From Phoronis australis (lineage: Eukaryota > Animalia > Phoronida): a stretch of DNA of 64,000 bases. This document shows, in pieces, positions 1 to 13,044 of the stretch (the first letter of the stretch is position 1; each line of letters starts with the position of its first letter). The stretch spans positions 65,712-129,711 of the forward strand of contig NMRA01000161.1 in assembly GCA_002633005.1 (NCBI GenBank), in the 5' to 3' direction. A program made the translations under genes and the position numbers. Below the pieces are notes generated by a model. It had not been told where the DNA came from and did not search any database. It was given only the letters and a program-made list of their open reading frames with translations.

Positions 1-574
1 AAGCTTCAATGACGCAGGGTGCGTCTCTAAAGTTAACCCCTATCATGGGAAACTTGGAGGTCTGGTGAAAGATCTACTGGCATGTTGTGATAAAGCGAAT
101 ACAAGCGACACCATGGTAGACAACGTCTTTTTCTCCCACGAACTGGTCCATCTGGGTCTTTTTGCCGTTCTTGTACACTGTAGTAGGGAGGTTGCCAAAC
201 TCTCGTCATCAGACCAAGGCTTTAATGAATGAAATTTTCCTATAATTAGTTTGGTTTCGAACAGCCCCACAGGTAAATGTGTGGAGAATGTACATAATTT
301 TGACTACTATCTTGTCGTCTAGATGATTTTTTCAACAGCATTCCAAGGTTTTGGTTTTCTAATTTTGGTGTTGGAGAGGAAACTCCATATACTCACCTAA
401 GAAAGAATTTCTTAGTGAACCCTTCTCTTACTTACACGAGTGTTCCAGTTGGCCTGTGTAAGTAAACACGGCTTAACAAGGGTTTTATTGGTACATATGT
501 AAAGCTGAGAAGATGATCATTTTATTTCGTTGTATGAGTTTTGAATAGCCCAGCCCAGCCAGAATGTGGAATGT

Positions 575-1185
575 CTGGCGGGCACAACACAAAGTGTATT
601 TTGCCACAGGCCATTTAGTTGTCAATGGGATTTTTTGAAGCATTTGGGATTAATTTTTGTTAATCCTTTTTGCGTTTCTGGTGCACCCTTATCAGATTGC
701 ATTTTGTCTGGCATGGGTTATTTGGTGTTCAGTGCGACACCATTATTCGTTTTAAATTAGTTTTGACCGGTACCTTGAATATATAATCTAGATCAAATGT
801 TCAGTGTTGTTTGAGATTTTGGGGGTTTCTGGCAGGCACAATCGAAAGTGCATTTTGTGTGTCATGGGCCATTTACTGGTCAGTGGCATGCATTGGATCA
901 CGTGCAATTGTTTTTGTGGTACCCCGAATGTATGAGCTAGCTCATATTTTGGGGGTCCATTTTTTGTTTCTGGCAGACCCTTTCCAGAGTGCAATTTGTC
1001 TACCATGGGTCAGTTAGTGCTCAGTGGTGCACAATTGTTCGATTTAAATTAGATTTGACTTGTCAATCTGGGCACACTTTTCAAGCAGCAGGGGAGCGCC
1101 AAACTGAAATAAGTTTTGACCAACAAAGAGCATTTTAACAATGAACAGGGAATGACTCCGTTGTGTCCCGTTGCCTGCGCTAGTG
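575..1185. repeat. Diverged subterminal repeats ending in TAGTG; possible right end of a DNA transposon
   Basis: Recurrent TCTGGC..AGTGCATTTTG..CATGGG blocks; other end not in window. Confidence 0.35.
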
Positions 1186-2078
1186 CTGTGAATCACAGAC
1201 TGCTCCATCTTGACACATTTTAGCTTTTAGATAAGACTTTTAGACGAGGCCATGTGTGAGTGTAAAACTGGAATTTTTTTTTGTCTCTGCCAACAGTGAT
1301 TTGAAAATCATCCTGAACGTCATTTTGTAGTTTTAAGCTTCTATGGATCGTAAAAATAGTCGATATCGCTTTCCTATGTTTTTAGTATCTGTACCTGAAG
1401 TGCACGCATATTTTTGAAAGTCATCGGAGTACTTGTTTTGTTTCCAGCATCTCGGAAGGACATTATCCCTGGGCAGGGAATGCCTTACACAATGTCAGAC
1501 GTGCAAGCCCCTCCGAAATGTCTGTGGACAATGAAGGGTATGCAGGAAATTTGGAACGCAAGCTTCGCAAGGAACTCGGCGACGAGATGGAATAAAATTT
1601 TCAATGGCATGCGTGAATACGCACATTTTAAAAGATTGAAATGTATTCGAAATACCTCTTAATCATTTCAAGGACATTAAAAATTAGTTCTCTGAACGCT
1701 TTTGTTGCGTTTCATTTTTGCTTCAACACCGTGTACAGATTTTACATCGCAAAATCGTTTGAATGTGAAAACTACAAACATTAAACGATACAATTCACTA
1801 TAATTCACCCAGTAAACTAAATTGCCGGAGATTTCACACAAAACAAGCAAGAACACTTTTTCAAAAATTCTCACACTTGAAGTTTTAAAATTGGTCTCAA
1901 TTGTTCTTTTCCTAATAAGAATTCAGTTCTTGGTCTCCAAAGAACTGTCCGTTCATTGTCGCTCTAGAATAGCCTAAACACGTTGATTCTCATGACGACT
2001 CCTTGAAGTTGAACATGGTCTCAAGAAGTGACGACTCCTCAGTCCTTCCGAAGCCCAGAATCTACCAACTCTTCACCT

Positions 2079-2307
2079 GGGGCCCGTTCCAACAAAACTG
2101 ACTTAGCTAACACAAATCTTAAATTTTATTAAAAATTTTAAAGTAAAAGTTAAATTTGTCTCAAAACCAATTCAAGAAAGAGATCTTAACTTTGTTGTCT
2201 TAATTTTGACCATTTTACCAAATGTGGAGGTTTCAAAGTTTTGAAGTGAAAACAAATCTATGACTTAAGTAAAAAATTAACTTAAGCCAGTTTCTTGGAA
2301 CATAACC
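2079..2307. mobile_element. Palindromic Harbinger-like MITE (relatives at ~13068-13145, ~30043-30190, ~59342-59580)
   Basis: GGGCCCGTTCCAA..TTGGAAC termini; the 59342 copy is its reverse complement. Confidence 0.7.
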
Positions 2308-2737
2308 AGGTTGAGATCACCTTTATGCAGTAAATGGTCTCAACTACATGTAAAAGTTAGTAGGGACCTTGTTTCAAAATTTCAAAAATATCATATAAAA
2401 ACCGTTTCTGTAGTTGACTAAATAAAACGAACAACAGAACAGGATTTGGGCCCCTGTACACTTTACGAAGCAGTGACATCACCATCACCACGGCTACTGG
2501 GTGTGTGTTGCCACTCGTCCAGCCTCAACGTCTAGGATTTGGTAGGCAAGATTGTAGTTGATTAAGTGAAGCCGAGGTGATCAGCACGACCAAGGCATCA
2601 CCACCAGACCTCGCTAATGGACAAACGTTGCTTGCTGCTTATACTGATACATGTATACGTAACTTGATAAGATAATACCAACTCAGGCCATTTTATCCTA
2701 CACGCGTTGAATCTGTCGAGGGAAATACGGTCATGTA

Positions 2738-4271
2738 CGGTGGCCCGAAAGTATCATCGCTATTTTAGTTTTTTATTTTTTTTTATTTTCCTTTTCCACC
2801 TAGGATGAAATATTTCAACCTAGGTGGAAATTATTTTCACCCGGGTGGAAATTATTTCAACCTAGGTGGAAATTATTTTCACCCGGGTGGAAATTATTTT
2901 CACCCGGGTGGAAACTATTTCAATCTAGGTGGAAATTATTTTCACCCGGGTGGAAACTATTTCAACCTAGGTGGAAATTATTTCAACCTAGGTGGAAATT
3001 ATTTTCACCCGGGTGGAAAATATTTCAACCTAGGTGGAAATTATTTTCACCCGGGTGGAAATTATTTTCACCTGGGTGAAAATGTTATACATCCGGGCAC
3101 CTATTTTCATCTGTGTTGTGATTGGATGAAGTCTTGTAGGTGAAGGTCGATTGGGCCAGCCATTTTGTTCAACAAAGTTCAGATTAGGTTGCAATGTCGG
3201 CGCCTTATCTGCCTCTTGGATTTGCCGCGGACTTTAACAGAGACAGTGTGATTACGTATTACTCCTAGTTCCAAAACAACTCTCTGAATAAAGTTGCCGG
3301 ATTTCAGCAACGAACCCAAGCCATTAACAAATATAGTGTATGGTGTAGAACGTTGAGAAATTTCCGATAAATAAATGACATATTATTGTTGTTGTCCAAA
3401 AGCCTCAACCTTCCCGTGCTGACAGGTTTCAAAGACTTAAAGTTACACAACTAGCAACAAAAGGCACAGATAGTATTATAAATATCCCACAAATGGTAAA
3501 AGACGTATGGTGAATCACATCTTATGGATTCACAAGAACGGGATACAAATTTTGGTAAACAACTAGCATGATTAATGAATTATACACCAGTCTTAAAAAT
3601 TACTTAACATTGTTTCTAATTAGAGTATAATTGTCAGCAGTATCAAAAATGTCACTAACCAATAGTGTAATAAAACACACAATTTCTCATTAAAATACGT
3701 ATTTGTGTATGACCATTGCAATGACAATCACCTTCAGTAACCAGCGTATAACAGTACAAAGTATTCAAGATTAAATTATATTGTAAGGTGCAGTCCAGAT
3801 AAAGTAAGAAAATTCCAAATAAGTAACGTTTTCGCGGGGGGGGGGGGNNNNNNNNNNNNNNTCCTTGCACAGATTGTCCTGTATATGCTAACACTCTAAC
3901 ACATATGTCTGCAAACATGTGGTGGCAGAATGATCTAACCGAATGACATGAATAAACAAAACAAAGAGCATTGTTTTTAGAGTGCTACAAAAGGGTGTGC
4001 AGCTATGGCTTGACACATGACTTGTTCCTAGCGCAAGTAGATGACGCCACGTAAACCAAACGGGTGAAAATAATTTCCACCCGGGTGAAAATAATTTCCA
4101 CCTAGGTTGAAATAATTTCCAACCAGGTGAAAATAGTTTCCACCCAGGTGAAAATAGTTTCCAACCAGGTGAAAATAGTTTCCACCTAGGTTTAATTATT
4201 TCCACCTAGGTGGAAAATGAAAAATGAAAAAATATTTAAACAAAAGTAGCGATGATACTGTCGGGCCACCG
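2738..4271. mobile_element. Non-autonomous foldback-like DNA transposon, TA TSD, 21-bp subterminal repeats
   Basis: TA|CGGTGGCCCGAAAGTATCATCGCTA..TAGCGATGATACTGTCGGGCCACCG|TA; inverted arrays of GGTGGAAATTATTTTCACCCG at ~2797-3080 and ~4062-4215. Confidence 0.88.
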
Positions 4272-6230
4272 TAGAAAATAGTTTAAAGTAATTGTAGCAG
4301 TGAAATACCACTCAACAAGCAACCAGATCTCAATCGTAACATCTGGAACACGACTGTTAATTATAAGATAGTTCTGTCTGTTTTCAATTGCTAGTCTAAG
4401 ATATATCGTCTGCAACTCAGGCATCGATTCCTCGCCAATATCAAACATTGTTGTCACTGGCCATGACAGCACCAGATACTATCGGCGACAGTATTACACG
4501 AGCAGCAACGACGACCGTCCCAGCAACACGTGAACCTATCCATACTACAGAATCCGTAGCCAGCCAGCTAGCTGTATGAACAGACTGTCGTATATTTAGT
4601 ATACAACTTTGTACCAAGGCTACAGAATCCGTAGAAATGCGACAAAGTACCTGCAACAACGCTACAACAGGCATATTCACCGAGCTGTCATCAACGGTGG
4701 CACTTATAACATCTTCGTTAAAACGGACGACGTGTTGGCTACGTGCCCCGGTCAATGACCTAGTTTCATGAATGAGTGCAGCTACCCGATGAGAATTTTA
4801 CAATGTTACAAATATTCTTGTTATTTATTTACTTTCGAAAAATGATACAAGTTCAATGCACATTTTTTATCAATTTCAAGTAATAAATCGTTACATTTAA
4901 AACTAAACTGTTTTCTTTTACTATAGTAAGTTAGCAACATAACGCGCACGTACATACACAACAGGTTGTGATTAGCCACGTAAACAGTCAGGGTGAACTA
5001 TTTATAAAATGCATAAAAAAAATAAAAGGAACTCACGAATTCGATGCGTATCGGATAAATACAAAACATACCTCGAGTGGCGTACATGAAATAACATCCC
5101 ACTCGACATTTTTTCCGCGTATCGACCGAGACGGAGGTCGAGGTCGATACGTGGAATAATGTTTCTTTCACTTGATCAATTAAAATTGCCTTCGAGTGCT
5201 GATTTGACGACAAAAATGACGAATAAAGGCCAAAATCACAAATTCAAGGACCTTATTTTGTGACGTAATACATTCATGGCAGACGACTTTCGAGTATCTA
5301 GGATTTTGACGGACGCTCCCAAAGCAATTCCGAAGCTCTGTTTTCGCGTACCCACGAATGTTATTTGAGTGCCGTCCACATAATGTAGCATCAGTTTGAA
5401 TGTAGTTAAGCTCTGGTTATGAAAAACAACGGCCTACTGCAAAATCCGGCGAATTGACGATAGGTGATTTACCGTGACTAAAACGTGCGGTAAAACATCG
5501 GAAATCTCCGCCAAAATCCGTGCTTGCGTTGTGCTTCAACAAAGAAGAGCATACAATGTCAAGATCAAACACAAGATACGCCTATTATTGCAACTGAATT
5601 CTACGTTAAGTGATAAAATGAGCTACATGGAGAAACACATTACACAGAAATGAAAGGATTTTTTAGTAACCTCAGTCATTTACATGGGGGATAAATTTCT
5701 TGAGTTTTATATAGCGGTTGGCGTACAAGTTAAAGCACAACTGGAATCCGCCATGTGAACTATATTGGGACTTGGGTCCTTGAATTCAGAGTTTTGAGAT
5801 TGTTTTGAAAATTTCGTCGCTAATTCACCACTCACAGGGATAGTTTAATGGGATCAAGACAAGATAAGGCTTCGAAGGTTTATTCAATACCAGTCTGAGG
5901 GAGATGCACGCCGATTTTATTTGGATTTGGGACGGTTGATGTTGGTAGCCTCGGCTCGGCAAGGTTTTAGTGCCCAACCTATATATTTCTTATATATGAG
6001 ACATCGGGAAATTCGAGTACACTTACAATGTATCAAATGGACAAATCCAAACTATATCAAGCTATCACACATAGATGTTACGCACGCGCTCCTGAACGTG
6101 TCTTGCACGTTTTTTCACAAGCAAACGAAACAATTCAAAGAAACAATAAATTACGCAAAAATGAAACCTCGCTTCATCGCCATTGTAGTTATTGAACTTT
6201 GGTGAAATGTGGACTATGGGATAAACAACT

Positions 6231-6288
6231 ATGTCTACAATCAAATTGACGCTAGCAACGTCGTTCCTGATAACAGTCACGTCTAACG
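6231..6288 (+). CDS. Candidate signal-peptide exon (MSTIKLTLATSFLITVTSN)
   Basis: ATG, basic residue, then hydrophobic run ending at a phase-1 G|GTTGAG donor; weak support. Confidence 0.25.
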
Positions 6289-7249
6289 GTTGAGTATTGA
6301 TTTAAACGTGTTAATATACTGTGTATTAAAACAGACATGTGTTAGATGCCTTGGAAACAAACTGGCTGAATTGTTAAATCCGTTCATGTAGCTGCGTCAA
6401 CTCCTGTAAACATGTAAAAAGTAGCGAACCTCACAAAAGTCTACCAAATGTGCAAAAACCAATGAGCTATAAATAACCTCACCGTTAAAAAGTGCCTTTT
6501 TACTTTGTCACGATGTACAGATTCTGACAACGAATAAGCTTTCAAATGTGATTAAAACATCTTCCATGCCGAATATTCCCCTCCGACCCAGTCAGAAATT
6601 ATCTTTACCACGTCGGCCTATAAGGAATTGATGTCCTGATGGGAAGGTCTCGATGTGTTTCACATGGAGGTGGTGTTTGGCTACAGAAACACCGTGTCAG
6701 GGTTAGCCCAACGTAGAGTCATCTGGGAAATCGGGGAATTTAACCTGTAATTCTTTTTGTTATACAAACTTGAGATATAGAGTATATACAGTGATTTAGA
6801 TCCGTTGCCTCCAAATAAATGCAAACTTTGATGGTCACGGAATCAGAGCCCCTGGTTTAAACTTTGAACTCGAAATTGAGCTCGAAATTTTTTATTAAAA
6901 ATTATACTAAACCCTGTTTTGGGGACTCTACTAAGCATTACCGGCCTCTCATTTGTCACACGTTGGATATTATGGTTCTCGGTGGGTGTTAATTCACAAG
7001 CACTTCTCTGGAAACTTTCCTAAAGCGCAGGTCACGATTGCTGTTTTTTGCAGACTTTGAAAGGATTTCGAATTCTGCTCCAAAGTTATGATGGTTTACA
7101 AAGCACTATTTTGTTTCTGAGCACTGGACGAAAAATTCAAATCCAAAATTTCTATCAATAGGCCATAACTGAGCCTGGTATTTTTTAAAGTTTCCATTCT
7201 GGTTCTGTGCAAACTCACTGACAGAAGTTGAGTGTGGGGTTTAGTTTAA

Positions 7250-8914
7250 AGGAGCATGTCACCCAAAAAACAACCTAATTTGTATCAATTTAGATCGAGT
7301 AGTTCTACTCCATAACGACACGTACGGTGGCGTTACCTGACACCTGACAGCAGACGGTGGTGTTGAAATTATCCAATGACGTCATCGGTTTCACACGCAG
7401 CCTGTTCAGCAGTTCACAACACGTGTTACTGGTGTCAGCTTATCGCTTGAAGTCATCGTTTAACACTAATAAATCATCAAACTTCGATGTAAAGCCTTAA
7501 AAATACACCGAGTTCTTATAAAAACGTGTTGTTTTATTTCGCTCTTACGGATTTATTGGTATTTGGACACACCGTAGCCTACAAAGTTTGGCAGGCCAAT
7601 AAGGTCCATAGCAGGAGTTTGGGGTCTGTTCGGAGATAATTTCGAAGTATTTTCCGTGAGATAGAGACATGAGAACCTAGATCTGAGTTACTTAGGCTTG
7701 GAATTTTTTGAGTTCTAAACACAAAACGCTTGTTATCCTGGCCAGTGGCTCGGAGCCCGATCAGGCCCGTCGCGGCCGGCCGGATTGACTCGTTATCCCG
7801 GGCAGGCCAGTGGCTCGAAAACTGATCAGACACCACGAACATAAACCAGCCAAAGTTCAGAGGAAACTAAACTTCCAGTCAAGAAAATACTGTACTAGTG
7901 AGCCAAAGCAGTGTGCACGTGATTATGTTGTTGAATTACCACGAAACTGCAAATCTATACTCGTCGGGGGCCGCGAATTCAGGTTCCGCTTTGGCCACAG
8001 CACCGTCAGGGCAGAAGTTGTACAATGACAATCATTATATTTGAGTAATGTAAATGTAAATAGAGATTCCCCTAACACCTGGCCGTGGGATGGAAATCGA
8101 GTTGTTTCACAATAGTTTCTGCCAACAAACACTGAATTAGCATGAGCTCACACGGCCTCGGTGTCCCGTCAATTAGTTTTATTGCACCTAAAGCCGGTAA
8201 CGCAGTGATTTATTCATTGCTGGCTTCTCAAATCATTTGCACTCACGAACACTCCGAAGGCATTACAAATTGCATCTAATGAGACAGACTTTGTTTCAGT
8301 TTTATATAAGTATTGGTTAGGGTGAGAATAACTTATTTTGAAATAGAACGCTCGCAATCCAGACTTAGGACGAGCTAGTGCTAAAAGGTCCCGACTTCGC
8401 AGGTGGATCGTTAAGTTTTACAGGCTATCAGTTCGAATAGGAATACAGTGATGAAGAAATATTAGAAAGGCGCCGTGAACAAGCTCAGACAACGGAACGT
8501 ATGGAGTTATTTGGTAACCCGGCATTCGTCGGACGTCTCAGTGCAGGCCACAGACACGGAGATGTTTCACGGACTCATACTTGCTATTTACAGCGTACAG
8601 TTCATTCTTCACTACCATGAGCCACTTCCTAAGCATTTCGGACTCTCGAGAAAGTAAAAAAAAAAACGACATACCCGCTTTCCTCGCAGCTGCTTAGTTC
8701 GGACAAGCGGGAACGATGCACCGCAACATAGCGGCATTCACTCTGCATATGAACCACTGACGTCGCTAGCGTCGTTTCTCACCTTCGTCACAGGTTAACG
8801 CGACACCTCTTGGCAAGGTAAGGTCTACCGTATGCGAGGCGATGTGGATATAGATCGATTGAGACGGCAAAAAAGACTAATAATTTCACTAATTAAATCG
8901 GGTGGCATTCTCCT
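7250..8914 (-). mobile_element. Kolobok-like DNA transposon relic, copy 1
   Basis: TTAA|AGGAGCATGTCACCC..GGGTGGCATTCTCCT|TTAA; decayed THAP on minus strand (CIVPAC..KWLMVVKN..LRVCGLH). Confidence 0.82.
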
Positions 8915-9146
8915 TTAAAATGTACTATTGATTGTGCTTGGACGGAAAGAGAATGATTAAATCCAGTAATCAATTGATTATGTGATAACCACTAATTAAA
9001 ACAAGTGAAACCTGTTTGTTAATTAAGTACGCTAACAATGAAGAATAGCAACTACGCTAGCGCCCTCTGTAAAGGTAACGTCAATCAATGGACTATAAAT
9101 AATCAAACGTCATATCTGCCATCCAAGCTGTAGGACTGGACACTCC

Positions 9147-9400
9147 TTGGGTGACAGTCCTGTTGGACGATCTTCGAACTAACACACACTGTACTGCGAC
9201 AGTGTAATTGCTGGTCACAGTCCTTCGTGGCGCAACTCAAGTCTGTAGTATCGCTCTACCGTCGATACACTACGCTGGCCACAGTCCTTCGTGACACAAC
9301 GACACGTGTAGGCTGTATCTGACTACCCACCATTGCTCTTGCTGATCACAGTCCTCCGTGACCTAACACATTTAGGCAGTATCTTACCACCCACGATGCA
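9147..9400. repeat. Diverged ~65-bp tandem repeat (3-4 units)
   Basis: GCTG(G/A)(T/C)CACAGTCCTYCGTG at ~9210, 9274, 9341. Confidence 0.7.
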
Positions 9401-10299
9401 AGTGACAAACTTCCTGTTCGTTGATCCTTACCCTTGCCAAAATCCCCTTTAGAATTTTCTACGAAATGGCTCTGTTGTACAATTTCTTCTGTACACTGAA
9501 ACAAGTCGTATAGCTTCAACTACCAAATTCCATCTGATTATTTTCCATGCACTTACTTAACTGGCTAATAAAAATCGAATTATTTTACTTAATCATATCA
9601 TTGGCTGTTTCAATAGGATCTCAGAAAGTTCTAGAATCTTTACAGTTTATTGATTCCAGAACCAAAGAGGTGAACATCATCTATAAATAGGCGTATACAT
9701 CAAAAGTACATGTCAACGAGTTTGACCCCATGGTTTCAAAAGTACTTGAGCACAAATTTTGGGCAACTTCAATGGAACTATCTCCACTAATTATATAAGC
9801 AATATTTATTTTGCCACTCACGACCTCGGTCAATTATTCCGTGTTGGAATAGAGCATTCTTTACGTGAATGTCTGTCCTAATTTACACTTAATGACCACA
9901 GTGTAAAAGCTGTAACTGCCGTTGTGAACTCGAACCTTCACATTTTTACTCTAAATCTCGAGATTTTATTTAATATTCTAGCTAAGAGAAATGAATCTAT
10001 AGCTTGGGTTGGACACTCATTTCTGTAAACCATAATGCACCATGTCTACAATTTTGAGTTCGATTACGAGTGTGAAAATTAAACCCTGGGCCCAAGCCGA
10101 ATTTCAGGGAGCTTTTTACATTGGAACTCTCTAGAGTAATGAGAGCACGAAAGTGGCTTCCGAGCGATCCCGACGCTGATTTGGTGGACAGAAATTCAGT
10201 TACTACATAGTGATTTGCTAACATAAAAGCAGAGGAATGGACCTCATTCCCAGCCCTTTCCACTGTTTGATTAGTTGAAGTTCACTAATTTATTGTAAA

Positions 10300-10475
10300 G
10301 TAGTTTTTTGACACCATCTGAGATCGAAATTCTCCAGTTATATCAGCGGCAGCCACGGATACATCTCAGTATAGGAAATGTATGGAACAGGACGTCATTT
10401 GATATTTTAAAGGAATTGCCTTTTTCGTAAGGCACTGGTACATCCCATCGCACAGCAATGGAAATTTGTCGGCAT
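10300..10475 (-). pseudogene. THAP-domain relic of a different DNA transposon
   Basis: MPTNFHCCAMGCTS..(frameshift)DVLFHTFP. Confidence 0.5.
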
Positions 10476-11130
10476 TACAACAACAAGAAGTGTGTTTAAA
10501 CACTGTTTATACCAGTAGGTTGAAACCTCCCGTCTGCATTACATGGGATCTGTAGGCGGCGCTGATCTGAACAAAGACCTGATCTTCCTCTGGGCCCTGG
10601 GGGTTAGTGAATTTCAATGTGGTGCGACTATTTCGGAAGTCATCTATTTCACCTTCTCCACACGAATGACATCACTGAAGTTACAGGAGTAACTGACCTA
10701 ATAAACGAAACCATTATTTTAACAACAGATTTCACTCAATGTGCTTCACGGGTACGAGTTGGCACTGAAAGATTCGCCTAACAATAGTCACTCGTATTTA
10801 CCAAAAACTGTTTACATTATTCCAAAATATTCAATTCTGTGCACGTGCTTTTGGTAATGGTCCAACGCAATCAACGCAACTAAAGTACATGGACTTTCAT
10901 GTTCAACGTTTCGCTTTAATCGCTAAAGCATTATGAAGACCGTAAACCAATGTACACTCAACAATGCCAAAAACTAAATTAACGGAACAAACATCAAGTA
11001 TACTCAAATACAACAAACTACCATACATGTTGATTCAATATTTGTACCGTCGGCTCAGGGCCGGTGGCCTTATCTTTGTAATTGAAATCGATTTTTTGAC
11101 AATTTCTGCTCTATTTTTGTGCAAACTTAA

Positions 11131-13044
11131 AAGAGAATGCCACTCGATTTCTTTTTTACCGTCTAAATGGGTCTATATCCACATCGCCTCTTATACGGTC
11201 GACCTCACCTTGCCGAGAGATGTCTCGTTAACCTGTGAGGAAGGTGAGAAACGACGCAGCGACGTCAGTGGTTCCTCTGCAGAGTGAATGCCGCTATATT
11301 GTGGTGCATCGTTCCCGCTTGTGCGAACTATCAAGCTGCGAAGAAAGCAGGTATATCGTTTTTTCGACTTCCTCGAGAGCCCGAAATGCTTAGGATGAGG
11401 CTCGCGGTAGTGAAGAATGAAAGGTATGCTGTTAATAGCAAGTATGAGGCTGTGAAACTTCTCCGTGTAATTTCTCTGCCGAATTCCAGCTTACCAAAGA
11501 ACTATCCATACGTTCCGTTGACTACGCATGTTCACGGTACCTCTCTAGTATTTCTTGATCAGTGTATTCCGGTTCGAACTGATAGCCTGTGAAACCTAAC
11601 GATCCAACCCGTGAAGTATTCGTCGGATGAGCTCTTGACTAAGTCGGGATTAGCGCCGGCGAGTTGCCATGTAGACGTTTATTAATCTGAGTTCTGTTTC
11701 AAAATGAATTATTCTCATCCTAACATGATCCTAACCAATGCTTATATGAAACTGAAACAAAGCCTGTCTCATTAGATACAATTTGTAATGCCTTGGAGTG
11801 CTCGTGAGTGCAAATGCTTCGAGAAGCCAGCAATGAATAAAACACTGCGCTACCGGCTTTTGATGCAGGCAACAAAGGCAATTGACCAGGCACCGAAGCC
11901 GTGATAACAGAAAGCTGTTGTGAAACAATTACTCGATTTTCTATGCTATGGTCACAAGTGTTAGGGGAATCTTTATTTAGAAATACAAATGCATTATTCA
12001 AATAATTGTTACTGTACAACCTTTGCCCTGACGGTCTGTGGAAGGGGAACCCGACTTCGCGGCCCCCGACAAGTAAGTAGATTTTCAGTTTCGTGGCTAA
12101 TTCACGTGCACATTATTTCTTTGGCTCGCTACATGCGCGCACCTAGCAAGGGGGGGGGGNNNNNNNNNNNNNNNNCCCCCCCAGTGAAGTGGGCAAAAAT
12201 GTCCGCCTCATTCAGAGAAACAAAAAATCCTAGGAAATGAGACAAAAGTCCAATAAAAAGGCGCAGACGCACAGTTCACAGTACTGAAGATGGTACCCCG
12301 TTTTTTTGTTAGCGCAAAAGGTCTACTTGGTCAGAAATACGAGCCCCCCAAGTAAAGGCTGGGTGCGCGCCTGCACTATTATAGTCTTTTAGTGACTGGA
12401 GGTTTAGTTTCCAACTCAAGCTGGTTTATGTTCGTGCCAGTCCCGGCGGCAGCGACGGGCCTGATTAAGTTCCGAGCCACTGACCGCGATAACGAGTCAG
12501 TCCGCGGTCGCGACGGGCCTGATCCAGGGTTCCGACCTACTGTCCGGGATAACACGCGTTTTGTGTGTCTAGAACTTGAAAAAATCAAAAGTATAAACAA
12601 CACAGATCTAGGTTCTCTTGTCTGTATTTCACGGAAGAATACTTCGAATTTATCTCCGAATAAACCCCAAACTCCTGCTACGAACCTTGGTAAATTGACC
12701 TGTCGAACTTTGTAGGCAACGGTGTGTCCAAACACAAGTAAATCCGTAACAGCGAAATAAAACAACACGTTTTTATGAGAACTCGGTGATTGTTTAGGGG
12801 TTTTACATCAAAGTTTGATGATTTATTGGTGTTAAACTATGAGTTCAAGCGATAAGCTGACACCACTAACCCGTGTTGCGAACTGCTGAACAGACTGCGT
12901 GTGAAGCCAATTACGTAATTGGATAATTTCAACACCTCCGTCTACCGTCAGGTGTCAGGTAACGCAACCGAACGTGCCCTTCTCGAGTAGAACTACTCGA
13001 TCTAAATTGATTCAAAATAGGTTGTTTTTTGGTGGCATTCTCCT
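11131..13044 (+). mobile_element. Kolobok-like DNA transposon relic, copy 2 (inverted relative to copy 1)
   Basis: TTAA TSD, same TIRs, THAP-like ORF at 11284 (CIVPACANY..SFFRLPRE), reverse-complement similarity to copy 1 throughout. Confidence 0.82.
12132..12373. mobile_element. CATGCGCGCACC-TIR MITE, 5-bp TSD (hAT5-like), nested in Kolobok copy 2
   Basis: TIRs; flanks CGCTA/CACTA. Confidence 0.75.

Noticed and set aside
2805-3143. GGNYFHP-repeat ORF and its mirror at 3888-4205
   Set aside because: Product of stop-free 21-bp transposon repeats
4380-4770. Thr-rich, coding-looking stretch
   Set aside because: Stops in all plus frames, no recognisable domain or convincing splice pair
9147-9400. 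CRISPR-like pattern of ~27-nt repeats with ~38-nt spacers
   Set aside because: Spacers resemble each other, repeats are degenerate, there are no cas genes, and the context is eukaryotic
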